The position numbers and the translations under genes were made by a program. The notes below the pieces were generated by a model. The model made no database searches and was not told the DNA's origin. It saw only the letters and a program-made list of their open reading frames with translations. From NCBI GenBank assembly GCA_017517685.1, contig JAFWYK010000003.1, positions 4,860 to 68,859 of the forward strand: 64,000 nucleotides of DNA, written 5' to 3'. This DNA comes from Clostridia bacterium. GTDB lineage: Bacteria; Bacillota; Clostridia; TANB77; CAG-508. Positions 46,569 through 54,899 of this stretch are shown in pieces; the stretch's first letter is position 1; the number at the start of each line of letters is the position of its first letter.

Positions 46569-46775
46569 CTTGAGAAATGCTAAAATACTTTTGTGAATTG
46601 ACTTTATATTTTAGCAAGTATTATTATGTTATTTCCTATCCTCATAATAACATTTGCTAAGAGCTTTGTGAATTGTTTTAATCAACTTTTAATTTAAAAG
46701 ATATATTTTTGTTAAAATGTAATCAAAATGATAAAGAAAATTCATAGAATGCGAATGAAAAGGAGGTAAAGAAAC

Positions 46776-46994
46776 ATGAAAAAATTAATGGAAGTAACAA
46801 AAGAAACAAAAACAGGAAGAAACATTAGCTTTAGAGATGTTAAAACAAATGAGAAAATGACAAGAACAGAAGTTGTTAGAAAAATTGAAAAAAATTTATC
46901 TCATTATGGTGAAAACTATTATGTTAGAAAACAAAATGGTTTAAAAACACCAGTATCAAAACCAGATGCAAAAACTAAAAATAATTTAGATTAA
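46776..46994 (+). CDS. Small basic protein (72 aa), possibly DUF3892-like
   Basis: AGGAGG RBS. The C-terminal ...YYVRKQNGLKTPVSKPDAKTKNNLD resembles my recollection of DUF3892; weak. Confidence 0.4.
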   Translation: MKKLMEVTKETKTGRNISFRDVKTNEKMTRTEVVRKIEKNLSHYGENYYVRKQNGLKTPVSKPDAKTKNNLD

Positions 46995-47001
46995 CATTAT
47001 A

Positions 47002-47041
47002 AAAGTAACCACAATTGTTATTGCGGTTACTTTTGGTTTTT
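47002..47041 (+). terminator. Hairpin terminator or attenuator between the small ORF and the large ORF
   Basis: Stem AAGTAACC / GGTTACTT followed by TTTGGTTTTTT. Confidence 0.6.
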
Positions 47042-47065
47042 TATAATAGAAAGAGAGGTACTAAT

Positions 47066-48721
47066 ATGGCTAATATTGATATTAACATTTTTAAAGCAGA
47101 AAAATTTTTTTCATATGAAGAAATTATTAGAAACATAAAAGAAAAATTATTTAGAAAGACAACAGATGTTGGAGAATGGAATGGCGAAGTTGCCATAGGA
47201 CATAATGTATTTAAATTATGCGCATTATATGGACATACAACCAATTCGATTGATGATAAAACATGGGAGAAAGGTTTTAAAGAAAATTTTGGATTAGAAA
47301 GTTCTACAGAAAAGAATTCAAATTCTTGCTATGGATATATAATAATTAATAATTCCAAAAATAGATATATATTAACTTTTGGTAGAGGAAATTCGAACAT
47401 AACAGAGTTAATAGATTATGAATTTGGACTTATTATGGCATCAAAAATGCTAAATGAATATAAATTAAAACTACAATCATCAAAATTTTATGGATTAGAT
47501 AAGAATAAATCTATTACGGAGTTTTCATTAGCTCAATTTAGAGGTACTATTGGAGAATCAGTAGATGCTTTAATAGGAGAAGTAGTAGAATACCCAGGAA
47601 GACATTGTATTGAAAATTTACAGGATATTATAGGTAAAGAAGTAAAATTTACAACAAGTGTATTTGTTGATGTTAAATCAGAAAACTTTGATATTGAGAA
47701 TATTTGCAAAATTATTTTAAATATAGAGGAAATTTATAATATATATGGTGAACGTGTATCAATTCCAAGACTTATACGCGTTAAGGAAAGAGAAATAGAA
47801 TTATTAACAGAATTAAATAATAAAGTTAATGAAAAAATAGCATCTAGAGATTTTGAGGATGGTAAAATGTGGATTTCCTTTTATGAAGTAAAAAATTCTC
47901 AAATTTATTTTAGAGATAATATTGATGGTTATAAAATTATGGAGGGAAGAAAAATTTTAGATGAATTGGATAGCATTTCTTTAGATAATATTTCTAATAT
48001 ATTAGAAGATAATAATATTCAAGACATTAATAAAATAAATGTTGTTGTTACTGATTCAGCAGGAAATAATTATAAATGTAAAATTTATGATTTATTAGAA
48101 TATACACTTAATTTGGAAGATCCTAATATTTATTATACATTATCAAGTGGAGTATGGTACAAGTATAATAAAGTATATATGGATACAATAAATCATGAAT
48201 TAGAAAAAATTAAAAGTATTACACAATTTGATGAAAGATATGACTATATAACAGAAGATATAGAACGTTATTCGTCACAACACATTGAGGAGCTTAAAAG
48301 AATTGTTGATCCTCCATATCCGGAATTAAAATATAACTATAAATATGCAAAAGAAAATGATGGAGTTTTATGTGATAGGAATACATCAAGTGGAATTGAA
48401 GTGTGCGATGTATATACAGAATATAACGGATTAACTCATGTGAAAATTGGACAACCTTCAGATTTTATCACTTGTATTAATCAATCAATAGATGGTCTAA
48501 CAGAATATACAGGGAATAAAGTTGCCGTACAGGATTCGTTAAATATTGGTGATACCAATAAAGTAACATTATTGTTAATTACTAAGAATAGAAGTGTTAT
48601 TAGTTCAGAAGATATTACAAAATTTGATTCTTTAAAATTTAAAATAAGATTAATAGAATGGGAAAAATTTGTAAGTGGACATCAATACAATGCTAAAATT
48701 ATAATTGCAAAAAAAGTATAA
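47066..48721 (+). CDS. Large hypothetical protein (551 aa), possibly the TIGR04141/DUF6119 sporadically distributed family
   Basis: AGAGAGG RBS before ATG 47066. The family guess rests only on size, the N-terminal pattern and the defence-island context. Confidence 0.35.
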   Translation: MANIDINIFKAEKFFSYEEIIRNIKEKLFRKTTDVGEWNGEVAIGHNVFKLCALYGHTTNSIDDKTWEKGFKENFGLESSTEKNSNSCYGYIIINNSKNRYILTFGRGNSNITELIDYEFGLIMASKMLNEYKLKLQSSKFYGLDKNKSITEFSLAQFRGTIGESVDALIGEVVEYPGRHCIENLQDIIGKEVKFTTSVFVDVKSENFDIENICKIILNIEEIYNIYGERVSIPRLIRVKEREIELLTELNNKVNEKIASRDFEDGKMWISFYEVKNSQIYFRDNIDGYKIMEGRKILDELDSISLDNISNILEDNNIQDINKINVVVTDSAGNNYKCKIYDLLEYTLNLEDPNIYYTLSSGVWYKYNKVYMDTINHELEKIKSITQFDERYDYITEDIERYSSQHIEELKRIVDPPYPELKYNYKYAKENDGVLCDRNTSSGIEVCDVYTEYNGLTHVKIGQPSDFITCINQSIDGLTEYTGNKVAVQDSLNIGDTNKVTLLLITKNRSVISSEDITKFDSLKFKIRLIEWEKFVSGHQYNAKIIIAKKV

Positions 48722-48750
48722 ATTTTGGATATCAAATTTGAAAAAATCAT

Positions 48751-48785
48751 TTAGAGCTTTTGCAGGTGTAAGAGCTCTAATTTTA
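48751..48785 (+). terminator. Rho-independent terminator
   Basis: Stem TTAGAGCT / AGCTCTAA followed by a T run. Confidence 0.65.
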
Positions 48786-49061
48786 TGTCTTTTATTGTTT
48801 ATTTTACAATTTTAAACATATTTAATGTTTTAGCATATTCTAAAATGATTGAATTAGGAATGGTTTTGATATGTAATAAGGTACTATGAAGTTAAAATAT
48901 GAGATAAGTCAGGTAACAATATTAAAAATGTTTTGTTGTGAAGTATATTGCGATAAAACCGAAAAAATGTTCGCAAAACTCTTGAATAAGAAAATTGTTT
49001 GTGCTAATATGTAATTGGAGTATTGTAAGAGAAAAAATGTATTAAAAAAGGTGGTTATTAA

Positions 49062-50003
49062 ATGGATAAAGAGAAAAACGAAATAATTATATTTGAAAAT
49101 CAAGATGTAAAGTTAGAAGTTAATTTAAAAGAAGAAACAGTTTGGCTTACACAAGCACAAATGGAAATATTATTTGATGTAAAACATGCTACTATAAGTG
49201 AACATATTAGTAACATTTTTAAAGAAGGAGAATTGGATGAAAAAACTTCTGTCGGAATTTCCGACAAAAGTTCAGGAGGAAGAAAAGCTAAAATTTATAA
49301 TCTTGATGTAATTATAAGTGTTGGTTATCGTGTAAAATCAAAAAATGGTACTATTTTTAGACAATGGGCTAATAAAGTATTAAAGGATTATATGTTAAAA
49401 GGTTATGCAGTAAACCAAAGAAGATTAGAGTATTTAGAAAAAACTATTAAATTAATTGATATAGCAAATAGAATTGATGAAAAATTAGAAAATAATGATG
49501 CTAAAGAAATATTAAAAGTAATTGGTGAATATTCAAAAGCATTAGACTTATTAGATGATTATGATCATAAAACATTAAAGAAAATTAAAGGGAATATTGA
49601 TGAAAGAAAAATTGAATATAGTGAATGTGTAAAAATAATAAATACACTAAGATTTAAAGAAGAAAGTCAATTATTTGCAATAGAAAGAGATAAAGGATTA
49701 GAATCTATTATAGGAAATATATATCAAAGTTTTGCTGGACAAGATATTTATAAAAGTATTGAAGAAAAAAGTGCAAACTTTTTATATTTAATAGTAAAAA
49801 ATCATGTGTTTACAGATGGAAACAAGAGAATTGCAGCAACATTATTTATATACTTCTTAAACTTTTATGGAATACTATATAAAAATGAAAAACAAGTTAT
49901 TGATAATAATACATTAACAGCACTTACGTTATTAATTGCTGAATCAAATCCAAGAGAAAAAGAAGTAATTATAGATTTAGTAATGAATTTTTTAAATAAT
50001 TAG
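49062..50003 (+). CDS. RhuM-family N-terminal domain fused to a Fic/Doc domain
   Basis: RhuM core VWLTQAQMEILFDV...ISEHISNIFKEGELDE...YNLDVIISVGYRVKSKNGTIFRQWA. C-terminal Fic/Doc motif HVFTDGNKRIAA. Confidence 0.8.
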   Translation: MDKEKNEIIIFENQDVKLEVNLKEETVWLTQAQMEILFDVKHATISEHISNIFKEGELDEKTSVGISDKSSGGRKAKIYNLDVIISVGYRVKSKNGTIFRQWANKVLKDYMLKGYAVNQRRLEYLEKTIKLIDIANRIDEKLENNDAKEILKVIGEYSKALDLLDDYDHKTLKKIKGNIDERKIEYSECVKIINTLRFKEESQLFAIERDKGLESIIGNIYQSFAGQDIYKSIEEKSANFLYLIVKNHVFTDGNKRIAATLFIYFLNFYGILYKNEKQVIDNNTLTALTLLIAESNPREKEVIIDLVMNFLNN

Positions 50004-50014
50004 TAATAGAAAAT

Positions 50015-50049
50015 AAAAGAGTGGTATAAAAATACCACTCTTTTATTTT
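50015..50049 (+). terminator. Rho-independent terminator
   Basis: 12-bp stem AAAGAGTGGTAT / ATACCACTCTTT followed by a T run. Confidence 0.8.
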
Positions 50050-50068
50050 TACAATTATTATTGTTTTG

Positions 50069-50097
50069 TGAAATATTTTGAGATTTTTATGGACTCT
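50069..50097 (+). promoter_or_regulatory. ECF-type promoter-like motif, copy A (orphan)
   Basis: TGAAATATTTTGA (from 50069) and GGACTCT (50091-50097), offset 22 nt. No ORF follows for ~530 nt. Confidence 0.5.
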
Positions 50098-50629
50098 AAT
50101 ATATGTAGGAAAAAAAGGAAAATAAAATTGAGTTTGCTATAATTATTTATAGTAATACATTGTAAGAAAAAGATAATCATGATTTATATAGAGTAATACC
50201 TATATTTAAAAGTGATAACTTATTAACATCTGGAGTATTAATATAGGCAAAAGATGTTGAAGTTAATGAAGAAGAAATAGAAATTTGCGTTAATTGGATA
50301 CAACTATTGCACAAACAATAAAAAAAGAATAAACAAGTACAAATTCATCTAGTTCTTTAACATAAACTAAAACTAAGCTTGCTACTATAATTAAACTATC
50401 TAAAACACTAGAAACTACCGCAATTCAATTAGCATTAGTAGTGCTAGTGCCTGTTTTTACATTAATAGTAAACACAAAAATGTTTTAGATTTTAAGAACT
50501 GGTAAAAAGTTTCATAATAATCCATGATGTAGAGTAATATGAATGATTCATTACAAGTTACTAGATTGCAAGCAGAAGCTAACGAATTTAGTGCGTGTAA
50601 AAATGTTATTAAAAGGGGGAAATGTAAAA

Positions 50630-53275
50630 ATGGAACATCTTAATTTACCATCAAGAATTTTTATGTATTCGATTTGTGCATCAATCGAATATGATTTAAA
50701 AGTTCATATACTATCATATTGCGAAGGAAAAATAAATTTTTCACAAGGTATGATAGATAAAGCTTATCAAAGATTAAATAGTAAGGATGAAAAAAGTGAT
50801 GAAAATATTTTAAATATGTTAGATTTATCAGATTATATATGCATATTAGTAGATAATCCCGTAAAGTATAAATTAAATAATTCTAATGTAGCAAAAATTA
50901 TTAAATATTTCGAAAAAATAATACCTATTAGAAATAGAGTAATGCATATTAAACCGTTAGAATTGGGGGATAAGGCAACATTACAAGAAGTAATGGAAGG
51001 TATTGATAAGGATATAAAATTTATTAATTGGGTAGAAGTAATAAAAAATAGAAAATTATTAGATAATAGTCCTGAAGAATTATTAATAAAATTTAAACCA
51101 AATAAATTTAATGATAATTATTATCATAATTTACCTGAAGCTGAATTTGACGATACAGGATATATTGGAAGAAAAAAAGAGCGAGCAGAGATTAAAGAAC
51201 TACTATTACAAGATAAATATCCAGTAATATCAATAATAGGAAATGGTGGAATAGGTAAGACAGCAATAATAGTAAAAACATTATATGACTTAATCGATGA
51301 TGCTAGTAATCCATATGAAGCAATAATTTGGATATCATTGAAAGCAAGAACTTTGTCTAATGGTGATTTCGTTGAAATTAAAGACTCTATAAAAACTACA
51401 ACTGAATTTATAAAAAATGCGGAGAAAGAGGTTGTAATGAATGAGAATTTATCTGCTGAAGATAATATTTTGAACTTTATGAAAACTTTTAAAACTTTGC
51501 TAGTAATAGATAATTTAGAAACAATTAATGATCAAGAAATAAATACATTTATAAAGAAAATTCCAAAAGAATCTAGAGTTTTGATCACCTCTAGAACAGG
51601 TTTAGGGGAATTAGAATGTAGATACAAGTTAGAAGGAATGAATAAAAAAGATGCAATACAGTATTATAGAGAACTTTCTAAGTATTATGGATTAAAATTA
51701 CATAATAAAACAGATGAAGATATAAGCTTAATCGTTGAAAAAGTATTATATTCAAATCCTTTATCAATAAAATGGTATATAACTGGCGTATATAATGGTA
51801 TTAGAGAAGAAGAAATTCAAAATAATAAAGAAAGTTTAATCGAATTTTGCATGTCAAATGTTTATGATAAATTATCGGATGAATCAAAAGAAATTTTGAG
51901 ATTATTTCAAATAGAAGATTATGAAATGTCTTATGGTGAAATTTCATATTATATTGATGGAGAAGAAATTGCAATGAAGAAAGCAATTAATGAGTTAAGT
52001 GCAACAAATATGATAACCTTAAAAGATGGTTGTTATCAAATTAATATGATGGCTAAAGATTATTTAAGAATAATACAAAAAATTGATTCTGAATTTATGA
52101 ATGTTATTAAAGATAAAAGATTAAAACTAAATGGAATGCTTCAAAATATAACCGTAAAAAAAGAAAATTCTAAATTAAACCCTGGCACAATAAGTTATGA
52201 TTATAATGACAAAGATCAAAAAATTGCAGCTATATATTTGTATAAAGCTTTAGAATATGGAAAAGAAAGAGATTCGGAAAATGCGTTGAAATTTGTAAAT
52301 AAAGCAGAAGAAATAGCTCCGAATTTTTCAGAATGTTATAAAGTTAAAGCGTTTTTATATGCTAATTTTGATAATTTGTCAGAGGCGATTAAAAACTATC
52401 AGATTGCGGTAAATAAATGTAAAACAGACTTAGAGTTTAGTACAGTGTATTATGCATATGCTTCATTTTATACTGTTGTTATGAATGATAACCAAAAAGC
52501 TCTTGAATTAATTAAATTAGCAGAAAACTACATGAAAGATGATATAGAAATAAGTTTACAAAAAGCAAGAATATTATCGAGATTAGGAAGATTTCAAGAA
52601 TCAGAAGATATATTAATAAAAACAGATTATAAAAATATAAATGCTGATAAAATTAGAAATGTTAGAGCTAAAGCTATAGGTGATTTATATAGATTATGGT
52701 CTGAGATATATGGATATAGGGACGATGATCAAAAATTAGATAAGTTAAAAAAAGGTATAAACGGAGTAATAGAATTAAATAATGTAGGAAATATTGATAA
52801 AAAAACTTATGCCACATTATTAGAGTTATTAAAGGAATTATCATATATGTTTTATAATAATGATGCGATGAAACTATTGCTACAAGTATTATCAGAATAT
52901 AAGAGTCAATTAAAGTCTTTAACTGGAAATACAATGAAAAGTATTGAAAAAATAATACTATCTCATAAAAATGAAATTAATAGTGATATATATAAGGAAT
53001 TGGAAAAAATAGTAATAGATTATAATAGAATAGCTAAAAAAATTGAGAGTGTAAATAAAGGTATTGTTGCATATATAAATGATAAATATGGTTTTATTTC
53101 TAATAGTATAAATAAATCAATATTTTTTATAAGAAATAATTTGAAAGAAAATGTTAATGTAGGAGACATTGTTAAATTTGATAGTTATGTTAGTAGCAAA
53201 GGAATTGGAGCGATGAATATAAGAAAAACTGGCGAAAATTTGATGGATTTTTATGATATCGAAGAAAATGATTAA
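50630..53275 (+). CDS. STAND NTPase: N-terminal HEPN-like domain, NB-ARC ATPase, TPR-like repeats and a C-terminal cold-shock-like OB domain
   Basis: - HEPN: Rx4H motif (IPIRNRVMH).
- NB-ARC: P-loop ISIIGNGGIGKTAI, Walker B LLVIDNLE, RVLITSRT and NPLSIKW.
- Sensor: helical repeats of about 350 aa.
- C-terminus: GIVAYINDKYGFISNS...FFIRNNL...VGDIVKFD...AMNIRK.
- Start: GGGGGA RBS before ATG 50630. Confidence 0.75.
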   Translation: MEHLNLPSRIFMYSICASIEYDLKVHILSYCEGKINFSQGMIDKAYQRLNSKDEKSDENILNMLDLSDYICILVDNPVKYKLNNSNVAKIIKYFEKIIPIRNRVMHIKPLELGDKATLQEVMEGIDKDIKFINWVEVIKNRKLLDNSPEELLIKFKPNKFNDNYYHNLPEAEFDDTGYIGRKKERAEIKELLLQDKYPVISIIGNGGIGKTAIIVKTLYDLIDDASNPYEAIIWISLKARTLSNGDFVEIKDSIKTTTEFIKNAEKEVVMNENLSAEDNILNFMKTFKTLLVIDNLETINDQEINTFIKKIPKESRVLITSRTGLGELECRYKLEGMNKKDAIQYYRELSKYYGLKLHNKTDEDISLIVEKVLYSNPLSIKWYITGVYNGIREEEIQNNKESLIEFCMSNVYDKLSDESKEILRLFQIEDYEMSYGEISYYIDGEEIAMKKAINELSATNMITLKDGCYQINMMAKDYLRIIQKIDSEFMNVIKDKRLKLNGMLQNITVKKENSKLNPGTISYDYNDKDQKIAAIYLYKALEYGKERDSENALKFVNKAEEIAPNFSECYKVKAFLYANFDNLSEAIKNYQIAVNKCKTDLEFSTVYYAYASFYTVVMNDNQKALELIKLAENYMKDDIEISLQKARILSRLGRFQESEDILIKTDYKNINADKIRNVRAKAIGDLYRLWSEIYGYRDDDQKLDKLKKGINGVIELNNVGNIDKKTYATLLELLKELSYMFYNNDAMKLLLQVLSEYKSQLKSLTGNTMKSIEKIILSHKNEINSDIYKELEKIVIDYNRIAKKIESVNKGIVAYINDKYGFISNSINKSIFFIRNNLKENVNVGDIVKFDSYVSSKGIGAMNIRKTGENLMDFYDIEEND

Positions 53276-53299
53276 TTTTTTAAAATAGGGTATTAGGAT

Positions 53300-53355
53300 G
53301 GGCTACTGTATCGAAAGGTATGCTGTTAAGAGTGATACAGTAGCCCTCTTTTTTT
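53300..53355 (+). terminator. Rho-independent terminator
   Basis: 13-bp stem GGGCTACTGTATC / GATACAGTAGCCC followed by T7. Confidence 0.85.
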
Positions 53356-53492
53356 AGATTAGTCACCAACTGAACTAAACTTTGTGTATAATAATATAGA
53401 AAATCAGATTTGTAAAGAAAAATCTGATTTTTTTACTATTTTTCCTATAGATTTATAAAATTTAGAAAAAAATTCAATTTTTTGAAAAAAAT

Positions 53493-53521
53493 TGAAATAT
53501 TTTGAATACTATAGGGACTCT
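53493..53521 (+). promoter_or_regulatory. ECF-type promoter-like motif, copy B
   Basis: TGAAATATTTTGA (from 53493) and GGACTCT (53515-53521), offset 22 nt, 40 nt upstream of ATG 53561. Confidence 0.55.
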
Positions 53522-53560
53522 TTAATATTTGTGTAAAAAAATATAAAGGAGGAAAAGAAA

Positions 53561-54079
53561 ATGGTTGCAACGCAACAAAAAGTTTATTTTAGTTATTCTC
53601 ATAGGGAAGGAAAGAAGTTTAAAGTATTCTTAGAAGAAAATTTTAAGGACTTAATTTCAAACAAAACAGTAAGTGATGATGAGCTTAATCCAAAAAGAGG
53701 AGCAGACTACAGAGAAAAATTAGTTAATGAGGAGTATATTGACGAAAATACTTTACTTATAGTATTAGTAGGAAAAAGTACAAGATGTAAAAAACATGTA
53801 GATTGGGAAATATATACAGCCTTAAAAAATAATTGTTATGTAATTGGTGTAATATTACCAGAAATAAAAATGCCAAACGGAAGACTTGTATATGGTGATA
53901 TTCCAGCAAGACTTGCTGATAATGTTAAAAGTGGTTATAGTAAATTATATACATGGAATTATTTTATAAACTATTTTGAAGAAATTTTAGATACAGCTTA
54001 TCAAAACAAAATTGATTTAAAAGATAATATTAATAATAAAAGATCAATTTGGTTAACAACTGATGAAGAATACTGTTAA
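53561..54079 (+). CDS. TIR-like domain protein (DUF1863 / ThsB-like type)
   Basis: KVYFSYSH start and KKHVDWEIYTAL motif typical of the bacterial TIR-like DUF1863 family (recollection); AAGGAGG RBS. Confidence 0.55.
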   Translation: MVATQQKVYFSYSHREGKKFKVFLEENFKDLISNKTVSDDELNPKRGADYREKLVNEEYIDENTLLIVLVGKSTRCKKHVDWEIYTALKNNCYVIGVILPEIKMPNGRLVYGDIPARLADNVKSGYSKLYTWNYFINYFEEILDTAYQNKIDLKDNINNKRSIWLTTDEEYC

Positions 54080-54126
54080 AATAACATAAGAAAAAAGTAT
54101 TATAAATTTTTAAATGGAGGGTTTTT

Positions 54127-54222
54127 ATGGTTATTTTTATAATAGGAGCAAAAGAACTTCATAATGAAAAAATAAGGAACAAAAATTTAATAAATACAGA
54201 AAGATATAAGAAAAGAAACTAG
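54127..54222 (+). CDS. Possible 31-aa small ORF (MVIFIIGAKELHNEKIRNKNLINTERYKKRN)
   Basis: GGAGGG RBS 8 nt upstream; it ends inside the terminator stem. It could be a gene fragment. Confidence 0.25.
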   Translation: MVIFIIGAKELHNEKIRNKNLINTERYKKRN

Positions 54223-54253
54223 TATTAATTTTTAATTAGTACTAGTTTTTTTG
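54216..54253 (+). terminator. Rho-independent terminator
   Basis: Stem AAACTAGTA / TACTAGTTT followed by a T run. Confidence 0.7.
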
Positions 54254-54298
54254 TTTGTAAAAAAGTATTTTTTAATATATGATAAAATTAAATTTTAA

Positions 54299-54327
54299 TG
54301 AAATATATTAAACTATTTTAGGACTCT
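54299..54327 (+). promoter_or_regulatory. ECF-type promoter-like motif, copy C (upstream of the sigma gene)
   Basis: TGAAATATATTAA (from 54299) and GGACTCT (54321-54327), offset 22 nt, 45 nt upstream of GTG 54372. Confidence 0.6.
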
Positions 54328-54371
54328 TTATAGGTGAAAGAGTTAAATAGAGAGAAAGGAGGTAATAAATT

Positions 54372-54899
54372 GTGGAAGAGTTAATTAAACGTGCTCAAAA
54401 AGGTGATCAAGAAGCATTTACAGCATTAGTAAAATCGATGAAAGATGACTTATATAAAATTGCAAAGACGAGAATATCTAATGAAGATGATATGCAAGAT
54501 GCAATACAAGAAACGATGCTTGAAATGTTTAAATCTATTAAGAAACTGCGAGATCCGAAATTATTTAAGAAATGGATTATTACTATTCTAATTAATAAGT
54601 GTAATAGAATTTATAGAAGAAAATACAAGACTGATTTATCATATGAAGAATTAAATTTTGAAGATTTTATAACGGCAACATCAAATGATGTAGAAAGTGA
54701 CTTAGAATTCTATGAACTACTAAAAGATTTAAAATATGAAGAAAGAATAATTCTGATTCTATATTATAAAGAAGAATATACTGTTAAAGAGATTAAAAGT
54801 ATATTAAATATGAAAGTGAGTACAATAAATACACATTTATTCAGAGCGAGAGTTAAGCTGAAGGAAAAATTAGAGAAAGGTGGTGAGCTACATGGATAA
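54372..54899 (+). CDS. ECF-type (group 4) sigma-70 family sigma factor
   Basis: Region 2 (DDMQDAIQETMLEMFKSIKKLRDPKLFKKWIITILINKCNRIYRR) and region 4 HTH (YTVKEIKSILNMKVSTINTHLFRARVKLKE); 175 aa; GTG start after GGAGG. Confidence 0.85.
   Translation: MEELIKRAQKGDQEAFTALVKSMKDDLYKIAKTRISNEDDMQDAIQETMLEMFKSIKKLRDPKLFKKWIITILINKCNRIYRRKYKTDLSYEELNFEDFITATSNDVESDLEFYELLKDLKYEERIILILYYKEEYTVKEIKSILNMKVSTINTHLFRARVKLKEKLEKGGELHG

Noticed and set aside
53380-53436. A tiny sRNA gene: a TATAAT-like box at 53387-53392 followed by the hairpin AAATCAGATT/AATCTGATTT and a T run.
   Set aside because: There is no acceptable -35 element, and the predicted transcript would be only about 40 nt. It is more likely a leftover second terminator from a lost gene. 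RNA-seq would settle it.
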